In this document: positions 33,601 through 44,014 of the stretch, in pieces
Layout of the letters: each line of letters begins with the position of its first letter
Position numbering within the stretch: position 1 is the first letter of the stretch
Source of the DNA: Chiloscyllium plagiosum
Lineage: Eukaryota
DNA length: 64,000 nt
Assembly: GCF_004010195.1 (NCBI RefSeq)
Contig: NC_057748.1
Span: 331,132 to 395,131, forward strand
Direction: 5' to 3'
Translations under genes and position numbers: made by a program
Notes under the pieces: model-generated
Database searches by the model: none
Told to the model about the DNA's origin: nothing
The model's input: the letters and a program-made list of their open reading frames with translations, nothing else

Positions 33601-36600
33601 CCTGGGCTCTGTAAACTATCTGCCGGAGCTCTCACTGTCACCGTCCTCTGTATTTCAGACACAAACAGTGACGGTGTGTTGGATGAGCAGGAGCTTGAAG
33701 CTTTGTTTACCAAAGAGGTGAGTGACTGAACTTAGAGTTAAATCACAGACTTCGGGGTGGGGGGAGAGGGAGGGAGGGGAAGCAGGGAATCTGGGCAGTG
33801 GGTGTGTGGGGGTTTACGCGGGTAGTGAAACCTGTGAGCGACTGGGGAATGGGAGATGGTGTCTGGAATGGATTGCAGGGCAAGATGGGGTCAGGTGAGG
33901 GGCTGCTCTTGTGATTCCTTCAAACTTATAAATGAGAACACGTTGCCTGTGGTCCCAGCTCTGGCAGTTGTTGCTTCAGTAACAGACCCATCGAATCTTA
34001 TTCTCGTTGAGGTGGTAATCCAGAGACTCGGGAGATGTATGGGACCGCACAGTGGCCAGTGGTGAGCATTGCTACCTCAAAGCATCAGGGACCCTGGTTC
34101 AATCTGACCCTCAGGCAACTGTCTGTGTGGAGTTTGCATGTTCGCTTGATATTGAATGGCATTGCCCTCACTGTATCCCTCGCTATTAATATTCTGCGGG
34201 TTATCATTGACCACAAACTGAATTGGACTAGCTATATAAATACAGTGGCTACTAGAGCTGGTCAGAGACTGGGAATTCTACTGCAGGTAACTCACACTTG
34301 ACTCCCCTAACGCATGCACACGCACACCAGGGCCTTTCCACCCTCTCTGAGGCAGACGTCAAGAATGTGATGGACTATTCCCCACTTAGCTCGGTGCATG
34401 AAGGTTCAATACCACTTACGAAACTTGAGACCAGGACAAAGCAGCCCGCTTGATTGGCACCACATCCACAAACATCCAGTCCCTCCTCCACAGTGCTCAG
34501 TTGCAGTAACGTCTACTGCAGAAATTCACTACTGTTCCTCAGACAGCACCTTCCAAACCCATGACCCCTTCCATTTAGATGCACAAGGGCAGCAGATAGA
34601 TGGGAACACCATCCCCTGCAAGTTCCCCTCCAAGCTGCTCACCACCCTGACTTGATTGATGCCATATTGCCATTCCTTCACTGTCACTGGGTCAAAATCC
34701 TGGAGTTCCTTCCCTAAGGGCACTGTGGACTGCAGCAGTTCAAGAAGGCAGCTCACCACCACCTTCTCAAGGGGTAACTTGGTACGGACAATAAATGCTG
34801 AGCCCAGCCAGCGACACCCATGTCCCATGAATGAATTTGAAAAAAGCAGAGCTGCTGTTGTCAGTGTGAATTCTGTATCACTGTCTCTCCTGTCCAGAGG
34901 GGAAGGACATTGTGCTGTTGCCTTCCTCAGGTATTGGTGTTAATCCAGTGAAGTCAGTCACCCAGAGAGCATTGTGCCAGAGAGCACGCTCTGTAACTGA
35001 ACTTTACTCGTTCACAAGGAGTTGACAAACTGCTGGAAGTAACATTTTGTCCGAGTTGCATTTCTCTGTCTTTCATGTTCCAAACTTGACAATATTCTAT
35101 CAATAAAGCTGATCCATGGCGCTCTCTTCCTTCCCCCATGCACACTCACATCAAGCTGGAGAAAGTGTATGACCCAAAAAACGAGGAGGATGACATGATG
35201 GAGATGGAGGAGGAACGACTTCGGATGCGGGAGCACGTGATGAACGAGGTGAGACATTCCAGGCAGGAGGGGACAGTAGATCCTGTGATGAACCGAAAAC
35301 GCACATTCTGCGGAAGGGTCACTTGACCCAAATCATTAACTCTGATTTCTCTTCACAGTTGCAGCTAGACCTGAGTTTTTCCAGCAATTTCTGTTTGTTT
35401 CTGATTTACAGCATCTGCAGTTTCTTTGGTTTTCAGTTAGATCCGGTGATGATGCTGGTGGAATAATTTAAGAGTCATAGAGATGTACAGCGCAGAAACA
35501 GATCCTTTCGGTCCAACTCGTCCATGCCAACCAGATATCCCAAGCCAATCTAGTCCCACCTGCCAGCACCTGACCCATATCCCTCCAAACCCTTCCTATT
35601 CCTGGACGTCTTGAAACACATAAAGGTGGATAAATCCCCAGGACTGATCAGGTGTACCCTAGAACTCTGGGAAGCTAGGGAGGTGATTGCTTGGCCTCTT
35701 ACTAAGATATCAGTATCATGGATAGTCACAGGTGAGGTGCCGGAAGACAATAGGTTGGCAAACGTGGTGCCACTGTTTAAGAAAGGTGGTAAGGACAAAC
35801 CAGGGAACTATAAATCAGTGAGCCTGACGTCGGAGGTGGGCAAGTTGTTGGAGGGAATCCTGAGGCACAGGATGTACGTGTATTTGGAAAGGCAAGGACC
35901 GATTAGGGATAGTCAACATGGCTTGATTGAGCAAACTTGATTGAGTTTTTTTGAAGAAGTAACAAAGAGGGTTGATGAGGGCAGAGCGATGGATGTGATC
36001 TGTATGGGCTTCAGTAAGGCGTTCGACAAGGTTCCCCATGGAATACAGGGAGAACTAGCCATTTGGATATAGACCTGGCTCGAAGGTAGACGACAGATGG
36101 TGGTGGTGGAGGGTTGTTTTTCAGACTGGAGGCCTGTGACCAGTGGAGTGCCACAAGGATCAGTGCTGGGTCCACTACTTTTTGTCATTTATATAAATGA
36201 TTTGGATGCGAGCATAAGAGGTACAGTTAGTAAGTTTGCAGATGACACCAAAATTGGAGGTGTAGTGGACAGCGAAGAGGGTTCCCTCAGATGGGCCAGA
36301 GTGGCAGATGGAGTTTAATTCAGATAAGTGCAAGGCGATGCATTTTGGGAAAGCAAATCTTAGCAGGACTTATACACTAAATGGTAAGGAGAAAGTGAGG
36401 TCTGCAGATGCTGGAGATCAGAGCTGAAAATGTGTTGCTGGAAAAGCGCAGCAGGTCAGGCAGCATCCAGGGGCAGCATTCCTGAAGAAGGGCTTATGCC
36501 CGAAACGTCGATTCTCCTGTTCCCTGGATGCTGCCTGACCTGCTGCGCTTTTCCAGCAACACATTTTCAGCACTAAATGGTAAGGTCCTAGGGAGTGTTG

Positions 36601-39600
36601 CTGAACAGAGAGACCTTGGAGTGCAGGTTCAGAGCTCCTTGAAAGTAGAGTTGCAGGTAGATAGGATGGTGAAGAAGGTGTTTGGTATGCTTCTCAAGAT
36701 CATTGTATTGTGTAGTACACAATTAGTACCTTGTGAAAATGTGGGTGTATGATATTTTAAGGGAAGTAAGTCTAGACCAATAAACAATTAGTTTAGTCAG
36801 AGTTTAATAGAGGTGTTGAGGTTGTTTGTGCAATTTATTCTGCTACAGAACTTATCAACAGAAGAAATTGGAGTTGGACCACTCTCAATGTCTTCCGTCC
36901 TCCAGTCAAATTGTAGCCAATTTGATCCTGAAACTTATTCTTTTGTCAGACTCATACCTCCTCAGGAATTAAAATCTTCCATTATTTTCTAATGTAAAAG
37001 CTCCTTATACTTTCTGTTTCCAATGTGATGGAAAATTCCAGTTTTGAAATCAGACTGAGCAGTGTCCCAGTTGGATACAGCCCTGTGCTGCTGAGGAGCG
37101 GTAATATCAGACTGTCTGGAGATCAGCGAGGAACTCTCTCATACAGTCATACAGCATGGAAATAGACTCTTCGGTTGCACACGTCCATGCTGACCATAAT
37201 CCCAAATGTTTCTTGGTCATGGACAGGTCGATACAAACAAGGATCGGCTCGTCAGCCTCGAGGAGTTCCTCAAATCCACGGAGAAGAAGGAATTCCTGCA
37301 GCCAGAGGAATGGGAGGTTAGTGTCCTGGAGGGAAATGGGGATCAGTCAGTATCTGGCTACTGGCGGGAGGGAGAGGTTCTGGGCATTCAGTGCCCAGCT
37401 GGGGGTGGGGGTGGTAGGTGGGTGGGACATCATGGGAAGGTCAGTGTACAACCGGTCAAAGAGTTTATGGGGACAGTGTTGAGTCAATGTTGCTGGGACC
37501 TGGGTTAGAGGACCATGGGAGAGTTTGTGAAGTTTGGTGTGAATGACCTTGGAATATGTGCGCTCAGACCTTCCTGGGCAGTAATTCTGTTGCTGTTTGT
37601 GATGGGTCAGACGCTGGATGAAACTCAGATCTACACTGAGGAGGAGCTGCGGCAGTATGAGAAGGAGCTGAGCCAACAGGAGACTGAACTCAATCTGAAG
37701 GTGGAGCAGCTCAGAAAGGAGCAGGAGGATTTACAGCGAAGACAAGATGAACTGGACGCTCAGAAGAAGGAATATCAGCAGGTGACCGAGGGACAAACTG
37801 TTACCTGTACTAATAGTTACTGTCTCCCACCCTCTGTCCACATCTCTCTCTGTCTCTCCCACCCCCCCTCCCCTCTATCTCTTTCTTTCTTTCCCCCCAC
37901 CCCCTGATCTGAGATACAGTGAGTTGAAGCTTACAGTCTGATGATGGGGACATCACATTCAGGTTTGTCCCTCCCCCACCAAACCAGGGACCATTGTAAC
38001 CCAGTTCCTGCCCCTGCCTCGCCTAAAGATCCTTAGGCCAGTTGAGATAGCTGACCCAGCACACAGTAGAGACAGGATTGTCTGATTCAGTGGTTGCTGA
38101 GAGTGCAGATCTCTCATGGATGTGTCAGCTCGGGGACACTCCTGGGATGGGGAAGTGAATTGTCCCCCAGAAGCTGTGACGGATTTGGATGTATAATAAC
38201 CTGTGTGCTGTTGATTTGAGCCAGACTGGTTCATATCTGACTGTCATGTGACCCTAGGCCTTGCTACAGATGGAGCAGAAGAAATCCCAGCAGAAAGCTG
38301 AAGCCCCCCCATCTGGTCCTGAAGGTCAGCTCAAGTTCCAGCCGCCAGAGTCACGTGCAGGTAAGGGGCGAGACAGAGGAGGCAGGCGGGGGGCACAGGG
38401 AGCGGGTCAGGGAGGTGGTGGAGCGGGCAGGCAGGGCTCGTAGTTACAGAGCGCCAGGGTGTAGTGCCTACAGTCTGTAGCCCTGACACTGTGGGGATTC
38501 TGTACTCTCTGAAAACCTCCAAAACCAATTAAAACAACATTGGGTTTACAAACAAGACCAGTCGGCCCAACTATTTCACATTGGTGTTTCTGTTCCACCC
38601 ATAAGCCTATCTCAGTTGTTCACCCCATCTCTTTCAGAGGAATGTGTCCAACATTCTGGCCACAATTCCATTAATTCTGTGCTTCCTGCAAGTGGAAATG
38701 TTTTCTCTAATTCTACCTTATAAAACCTTTGTTATTTTAAGACCTCTGCCAGATTGGTCCTCCCTTTTCCTTGAGAGCTCCAGCTGTTTTGCTCTCTCCT
38801 CCTTGCTGTGCCCTCTCCGTTCTCATTTTGTTTTTACACCTCACCTCCGTGTTTCTGTCTCCTGTTTGTAGTCTCCAAACTAATCACGTGCACAGTGTTT
38901 TGGCAGAGAGTGGTCTTTGCAATTTTCACACAACTACTTTAAACTCCACTACACTGCACTCCTCAAATTTGCTGGACATTATGTTCCCAGCTGTGGGTAT
39001 CACTGGCAATTCTTACCCACCCATGTGCACTGAGGTGGTGTGGGCCTGGGTAAAGGACAAGTTATTTTCTCTACAGTGTAACACTGTGCCAGCACTCAAC
39101 AAAATAAAACCTGTGATTTGGTTGATGTGAGGTTGGTTTAGTATTGGGAGTCCTGGACGTTGTGTCAGGGTCAAGAACCTGCCCAGCATTGAGGCCAGAG
39201 TCTGTCTCAAAACCAGCTCCACTGGGCAGGATTCTGACACAGCAGCAGCAGGAGACTTTCTGGAGGGAAGTGCTTCAGGATTTGCATGTGTGCATGTCCA
39301 CACCTCCACAAACCTTGGTTACTCAACCCCCAGGCTCCTCCTGACCTGCAGACCCTGCATTGGCCTCAGCATTCATTGAACCAGAATAGGTCCAAGAGAC
39401 TGTGTCAGCAAAAGAGGATAATAACCACTGTGTCTCTAACAGGTCTCCTGCTCTGTTCAGTCGGAGAGAGAGAGTTGTGTTTCTCTTGTCTGTGGTAAAC
39501 TTGATATTTGACTCTTCTGTTCAGATGTCCAAGCTCCAGTGAATGAGCCAGCTCAGGTCCAGCCAGAGGTGGAGACACTGGACCGTGCACCTGGTCACCG

Positions 39601-39676
39601 AGCGGACCAACCAGCTGCTCCAGGCCACGATACACAGCCTGGAGAGAGCCAGCCAGATGGAGCTGTCCCTCAATAA
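30539..39676 (+). CDS. NUCB1: Nucleobindin-1, complete, 465 aa, 12 coding exons
   Basis: Exons are 30539-30646, 31681-31788, 31943-32075, 32511-32614, 32881-33066, 33386-33476, 33659-33717, 35156-35248, 37227-37316, 37611-37781, 38258-38360, 39525-39676 (1398 nt, all GT-AG, phases consistent). The protein has a signal peptide, nesfatin-like region, two EF-hands and a coiled coil. NUCB1-type features are [30 protein letters not shown] and the extra last exon. Confidence 0.95.
31144..31272 (+). mobile_element. Penelope-derived monomer (family A) with degenerate hammerhead
   Basis: attcctgatgaagggcttttgcccgaagcg...ctccagcatctgcaatcctcact. Confidence 0.7.
31681..31788 (+). CDS. NUCB1: NUCB1 exon ([36 protein letters not shown])
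   Basis: Boundaries are tgcag|GAC ... AAG|gtcag. Confidence 0.96.
31943..32075 (+). CDS. NUCB1: NUCB1 exon ([44 protein letters not shown])
   Basis: Boundaries are tttcag|AGT ... GAG A|gtaaa. Confidence 0.95.
32209..32396. mobile_element. Fold-back Penelope-derived insert with two back-to-back hammerhead motifs
   Basis: gaatcgacgtttcgggcaaaagccctttatcag-gaat-cctgacaaagggcttatgcccgaaacgtcgattc: two inverted family A copies, both with mutated cores. Confidence 0.75.
32511..32614 (+). CDS. NUCB1: NUCB1 exon ([34 protein letters not shown])
   Basis: Boundaries are ttcccag|AT ... GCG|gtgag. Confidence 0.95.
32881..33066 (+). CDS. NUCB1: NUCB1 exon ([31 protein letters not shown]...HPKVNVP)
   Basis: Boundaries are gtccag|GCC ... 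CCG|gtgagt. Confidence 0.96.
33386..33476 (+). CDS. NUCB1: NUCB1 exon ([30 protein letters not shown])
   Basis: Boundaries are ctctcag|GGA ... CAC G|gtaaa. Confidence 0.96.
33659..33717 (+). CDS. NUCB1: NUCB1 exon, EF-hand 1 ([20 protein letters not shown])
   Basis: Boundaries are tttcag|AC ... GAG|gtgagt. Confidence 0.96.
34045..34840 (+). mobile_element. HE1 SINE 5' part joined to the 3' end of a second LINE family
   Basis: SINE core ctgtctgtgtggagtttgca, followed by LINE-like [32 protein letters not shown] and a tail shared with 21165-21345. Confidence 0.6.
35156..35248 (+). CDS. NUCB1: NUCB1 exon ([31 protein letters not shown])
   Basis: Boundaries are catcaag|CTG ... GAG|gtgag. Confidence 0.95.
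35470..36695 (+). mobile_element. CR1/HER1-type LINE fragment with inverted 3' piece and internal deletions
   Basis: Peptides [25 protein letters not shown] and [28 protein letters not shown]. 35470-35603 is a reverse-oriented CR1 3' end. Confidence 0.88.
36390..36570. mobile_element. 181-bp fold-back Penelope-derived insert with apical hammerhead motif
   Basis: Perfect 15-bp TSD cactaaatggtaagg (36375-36389 and 36571-36585). ~50-bp perfect inverted arms enclose CTGAAGA-A-GGGC-TTAT-GCCC-GAAA-CGTC. Confidence 0.88.
37227..37316 (+). CDS. NUCB1: NUCB1 exon, EF-hand 2 ([30 protein letters not shown])
   Basis: Boundaries are gacag|GTC ... GAG|gttagt. Confidence 0.95.
37611..37781 (+). CDS. NUCB1: NUCB1 exon, coiled coil/leucine zipper ([16 protein letters not shown]...KKEYQQ)
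   Basis: Boundaries are ggtcag|ACG ... CAG|gtgac. Confidence 0.94.
38258..38360 (+). CDS. NUCB1: NUCB1 exon ([34 protein letters not shown])
   Basis: Boundaries are ccctag|GCC ... GCA G|gtaag. Confidence 0.92.
39525..39676 (+). CDS. NUCB1: NUCB1 last coding exon ([11 protein letters not shown]...DGAVPQ*)
   Basis: Acceptor ttctgttcag|AT matches phase 1. TAA is at 39674-39676. Confidence 0.82.
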
Positions 39677-40265
39677 CCTTCAAACTACTCTGGGACAGGG
39701 GAGTTTGTTTAATCAGGGTCTTCATCCTTTCAAAAGGAGTTTATTTCTGTTTGTGAGCCACTTCTACAAATATGTTGAGTTAGAGCTCCTTGCACCTCTG
39801 GCTATCATTTTAAATATTGTAACCTCCCTCCTCAAACAGCCCAGTGAGTGTGTCCAAAGGGGAAGGGACAGCAGCGTGGATGTGATGCTTGTCTTCAATA
39901 TCATTGGGGTCTAACCCCTGTTGCACAAGGGGATTTGGGGACGGAAGAGGGTGAAACTGTAATATTCACTCTAAATTACCTGAGTGACTTATAGGTTACT
40001 GGAGCTCTCTCAATGTAATTATCTGACTTTTTGCCACTCTTACAATAACTGGATTCTTGTCTGTTTTGCTCAATGTTCCAGAACATTGTTATTTTAAAAA
40101 CAAATTCTGTACACTGTTAATGATGGGAATTACAGGGGTGGGGATCAATGCTCAGTGTTTCTTCCTCACAGATCCTGCAGAAGAGGTTTTTGTAAAAATG
40201 CACCTTATTTTAGCATTTAAATGCAAAGCTTGAAATTGTGTGTTTTGATTAGTGTCCATTTGTAA

Positions 40266-40271
40266 AATAAA
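40266..40271 (+). terminator. Probable NUCB1 polyadenylation signal
   Basis: AATAAA ~590 nt after the stop codon; a second AATAAA lies at 40365-40370. Confidence 0.55.
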
Positions 40272-40615
40272 GGGTGTGACTTAAAATGCACCTGTGATTA
40301 ATTTAGTTGATAAACAATTATTTCAACATGAAAGATCAGTTAAGTACAATATTTAATTTTTTAAAATAAACAATCTTTATCCAGTGACATTTGTAAGCAC
40401 AGGGCCACAAAACTACTGACTATATAAAAAGCCATCATGAAATATTATTTTGCATTGGCAGTGTTTTTATAAATAATTAACTTAGTAAAGTCAGATTTCC
40501 ATTGACTGGTATCTCAGTGCACAGTTTCAACACAGACAAGGAGGATATTTGTCAGTGTTTAACTTTGGTACTTCCTTCCTGTTTAGCACAGTTTGGGCTT
40601 TTTCCACAGGAATGT

Positions 40616-40819
40616 TTAAACTCCAGCTAGCTTATTCCACACACAGTTCCTGTGATCCGGATTGAAACAGGGGCTGATCACGGCCTCTGCTTCAGCAATC
40701 CTACGCTGGAATCTACTGCGGTCCCGTGCATACTGTTCCCAAGGACCCTTTCGAGCAGCTCGATAGGCAAAATCCCATGCAATCATTGAATGCACTGTTA
40801 CCACAGGAGAGAATCGAAC
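40616..40819 (-). CDS. PPP1R15A: PPP1R15A last exon (VRFSPVVTVH...RKGPWEQYARDRSRFQRRIAEAEAVISPC...LAGV*)
   Basis: Acceptor ctcctgcag|GTT. Encodes the conserved GADD34/CReP C-terminal domain. Confidence 0.94.
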   Translation of the reverse strand, partial: VRFSPVVTVHSMIAWDFAYRAARKGPWEQYARDRSRFQRRIAEAEAVISPCFNPDHRNCVWNKLAGV

Positions 40820-42340
40820 CTGCAGGAGGAGGAGACAATGGTTAATTTACATCAATCCAAGTGGAGTTAGGCATTTATAGATGTACATATTAAGTTATTT
40901 TCTAACTGACCTGTTTGCAGTTATGACATGCCTGAAGCCAGGTGTCCTGGCTCAGAAGTAGGGACACTACCAGAAGAGCACCTAAGTTTGTGACTTAATT
41001 AAAATCTGACTAACCATTCCAGGCTAAAACAGAGTCTGAACCCCAGTCACAGGGTGAGATGAGAAGGCCAAATAGGGCAGGTTTCTGATTTAGAGTTAAG
41101 TCAGATCCTGGTCTTAGGAATAAATTTCGTTTTAACTAAATGCAGGAAGTGAAAGTAACAGGAGGGGTTCAGAGAGAATCAGACCCAGTCATGTTGACTG
41201 AGTCAGAGTCACTCAGACTGAGTCACTCTGCTTTTGTGTTTTTATTAGAGGAACATTGCATCAGCCTGGTAAACATGAAGAAATCTCACATTTCAACAAC
41301 CTCACCTTGGACTCGGTTACTACAGAGACATCCCCCAATACTGGCCCCTGCTGTAAGGGAGGTTCTGTGTGAGGGGTGAGGATGTGACTGCTGAGCAGTA
41401 CAACTACACAAGGGAATTCCAGCAGCAAGTGCTGTGTCACTGGTGCCTGAGCAGATGAGGACATTAAATTGCCACAGAATTTCCCCAAAGTTCCCATAAT
41501 TTCCACAGTAACTGATTACTCAGATACAGTGCACCTTACACTATAATCCAGAGACAGACAAAAGGTGAATTACAAATACCTTTGAACATCAAAACCCACC
41601 TTTTTGACAGTTTTTCCATCTGACTTGGATGTTTTTGGTTTCACACTTGGGATGGAACAGTCTTCATTGTCAAGTTGGAGTGGTTTTGAACCAGGACTAG
41701 GTACATCCACCTCCTCTAGTCGCTCAGTACTTTGGTCTCTGATCTCTCTGCTATCAGTGGATTGATTTGTGGCAGCACAGACAGAGACACTCCGTGACTT
41801 AGAGAGATCAGTATTTTGATCAAATGAGTCAGTATTATTCTCAGCCTCTTGAGCATCACATGGTTTTGAGTCATTATAATTCTGTTTATTAGTTCCTCTG
41901 CTCTGCTGCCAGGTCAGGGCTGAAAAGTTCATGGGATTGTAAGGGTCATGGTCAAAAAAGGAGTTCCAAAGCTCATCAGCTTCACTTTCGTCACTTTGTT
42001 CGTAACCAGAACAATCATCTTCACCATCGACAGACCACTCACTGGACACAGCATCATCCTCTGAGTCACTGAGCCAATCGTCCTCCTCCACTAATTGCCC
42101 AGCTGGCTCCATCAGTACAATAATTGACTGGACGTATGGATTGGTACAAGTGGGCACCGAGTCCCTCTGACCTCCCCCAGCCACCTGTCCAGTGGCTGCA
42201 GGGAGAATGACCAGGTGAACTGGCAAGGCTTCCATCCTCAGGGGTAGGGGGTCCTCAGGAATGGTGGTCTTTCTCTGCAGGGCTGATACCTCACTGCTGT
42301 GCCCAGACAGTGGGTAAATGAGGCTGCTGCTCTGCACCAT
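40616..42340 (-). CDS. PPP1R15A: Protein phosphatase 1 regulatory subunit 15A (GADD34-like), ~314 aa, 2 coding exons
   Basis: Coding exons are 41600-42340 (ATG in GAGATGG context) and 40616-40819. Splicing creates the KK|VRF PP1-binding RVxF motif, followed by VTVH..W..AARKGPWEQYARDRSRFQRRI (eIF2a-binding/ICP34.5-homology region). The three-exon layout with a non-coding exon 1 and the synteny favour 15A over 15B. Confidence 0.88.
41143..41263. promoter_or_regulatory. Candidate intronic stress enhancer (ETS, two AP-1 sites, AARE)
   Basis: CAGGAAGTG at 41143-41151, TGAGTCA at 41199-41205 and 41219-41225, ATTGCATCA at 41255-41263. Confidence 0.45.
41600..42340 (-). CDS. PPP1R15A: PPP1R15A large coding exon (acidic/PEST-like; LWNSFFDHDPYNPMNFSA)
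   Basis: Acceptor ttgttgcag| with exon edge at 42442, first in-frame ATG at 42340, donor AAG|gtggg. Confidence 0.85.
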
Positions 42341-42410
42341 CTCTCTCAATCCCCTGTAGTTTGTACCGACACAATGGGACTCCCCACAACTGGGGAAACT
42401 GTAGACTGGA

Positions 42411-42707
42411 TCAATGTACTGCCCACCGAGCTCGAGATTTAACTGCAACAACAAAAACAAAAAGAAATAAATCATTATAAATCATCAATTAATCTATCAG
42501 AGACCTCCCCTCCCTCCGAGGAGAGCGCATTCGGCCCATCCAGCTTGTGCTGGTGGACAGCTCTCTCTCTCTCTCTCTCCCCGGGCTGCCCCCGGCTCTG
42601 GGTACCTGAGGCTGCCGCTCTCGCTCTCCCCGGCTCCGGCTCCATCCCGGATCTCCGCGGCCTCTCTACCTGCGTCAGTGGATCACCCTCACGGTGGGGA
42701 CAGGCAT
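42411..42707 (-). other. Two upstream ORFs in the PPP1R15A leader
   Basis: uORF1 is 42707-42675, MPVPTVRVIH*. uORF2 is 42645-42606 spliced to 42442-42411, MEPEPGRARAAASVKSRARWAVH*. Assumes the CAG|gtacc donor at 42606. Confidence 0.6.
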
Positions 42708-42844
42708 CTCCCGGTGGGTCCCTCAGTGGCTGGGTCTCTGTCCCGCTGGGTCTCTGTCCGGCTCTGGCTCTGGGATCTCTCTCTCTCTCTCTGTGTGTTT
42801 CCGGTTTCAGTGGGATCGTTCTGTGCGCCTTTCCTCTCTGGGAC

Positions 42845-42945
42845 TATTTTTATTCTGTGCGCTGACGTAACCACCAGCCAATCAGGACCGTGTCCCCGCC
42901 CATTCACAACGTCACACCTAACGTCACAGCCCCGCCCCGCCCATC
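42845..42945 (-). promoter_or_regulatory. PPP1R15A promoter
   Basis: CpG island with TATA-like AATAAAAATA (minus, 42845-42854), ATF/CRE TGACGTAA (42863-42870), CCAAT (42878-42882), two TGACGT half-sites and GC boxes. Confidence 0.7.
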
Positions 42946-44014
42946 GCCTTAGCGGTTGGTTCCGGCGAGAAGCCGTTCAGCCCATCGTGCCCGTGCTCGC
43001 CCTGAGGGAGTGTGATCCCGGTTCCCGATCTCCCAGAGTCACCGCTGCCTTGTCCCGGGAGGCACTGACCCTGCCTCCAGCCCAGGACACAGTCACTGGG
43101 TCATACAGGAACAGGCCATTCGGCCCAACCCACCCGTGCCGACCAGATATCCCAAACTGAGCTAGTCCCACTTGCCTGCATTTGGCCCATCCCCCTCTCA
43201 ACCTTTCCTTTCCATGTGCCCATCAAAATGTTTTTTAAATGTTGAAATTGTACCACTTCCCATTGCAGCGAGAATCACTCACTGGGTGAAAAGCATTCTC
43301 CTACCTCACCATGGCCCTACCTTCTGTGTTCTCGAGTCCTGTGGTTTTTCTTTGTTTACTCTGTCCAGACCTTTCCTGGTTTTGGATATATTTATCAAAT
43401 GCCTTCTCAGACCTCTCCACTCCATGGAAAACAGCTACTCCAAACTATCCACATCATTGAGATTCCACATTCCTAAGCCATTAATGTTTTCTTATTTTTC
43501 TCCATGCTCTCTCGATCTTTATATCTTTCTAAAATACAGTGCTCCAAACTGAACACAATCTGCAAGTCAAATCAACACTTTATTGAGGGTCCTCATACCT
43601 CTCTTTGTACCTCTACTTGTAAAGACTGGGTTGGATTCACAGACCTTACTACTTTCTTAATCTGCTCTGCAACCCTCAATAGTTTGAGGACATCTATCCC
43701 TAGGTCTCACTGCTCCTACATCCATTTAGGATGATGTCCTTTAGCTAAAATTCTCATCCTTCCTATCAAAATGGTCATTCAATTTTGTGTGTCTGCCCAC
43801 TCCACCATCCTAGGGGGATGACTGATGAAGGGCTTTTGCCTGAAACATTAACTCTCCTGCTCCTCGGATGCTGCCTGACCTGCTGTACTTTTCCAGCACC
43901 ACTCTCTCAACACTCCACCATCCTGTCTATATCCTCCCAACATCTCTTCCTGAATGTCCATGACACTTCCAAATATTGTGTCATTTCCAAATGAAACGTA
44001 CAGCATACCCACAG

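Noticed and set aside
30539-39676. Calling the nucleobindin NUCB2
   Set aside because: NUCB1-type N-terminal segments, the extra last exon and linkage to TULP2/PPP1R15A favour NUCB1.
42341-42475. N-terminal extension of PPP1R15A (MIYFFLFLLLQ...) in the ORF track
   Set aside because: That start lies in the intron's polypyrimidine tract. After splicing, the frame has an upstream stop in exon 1 and no ATG before 42340.
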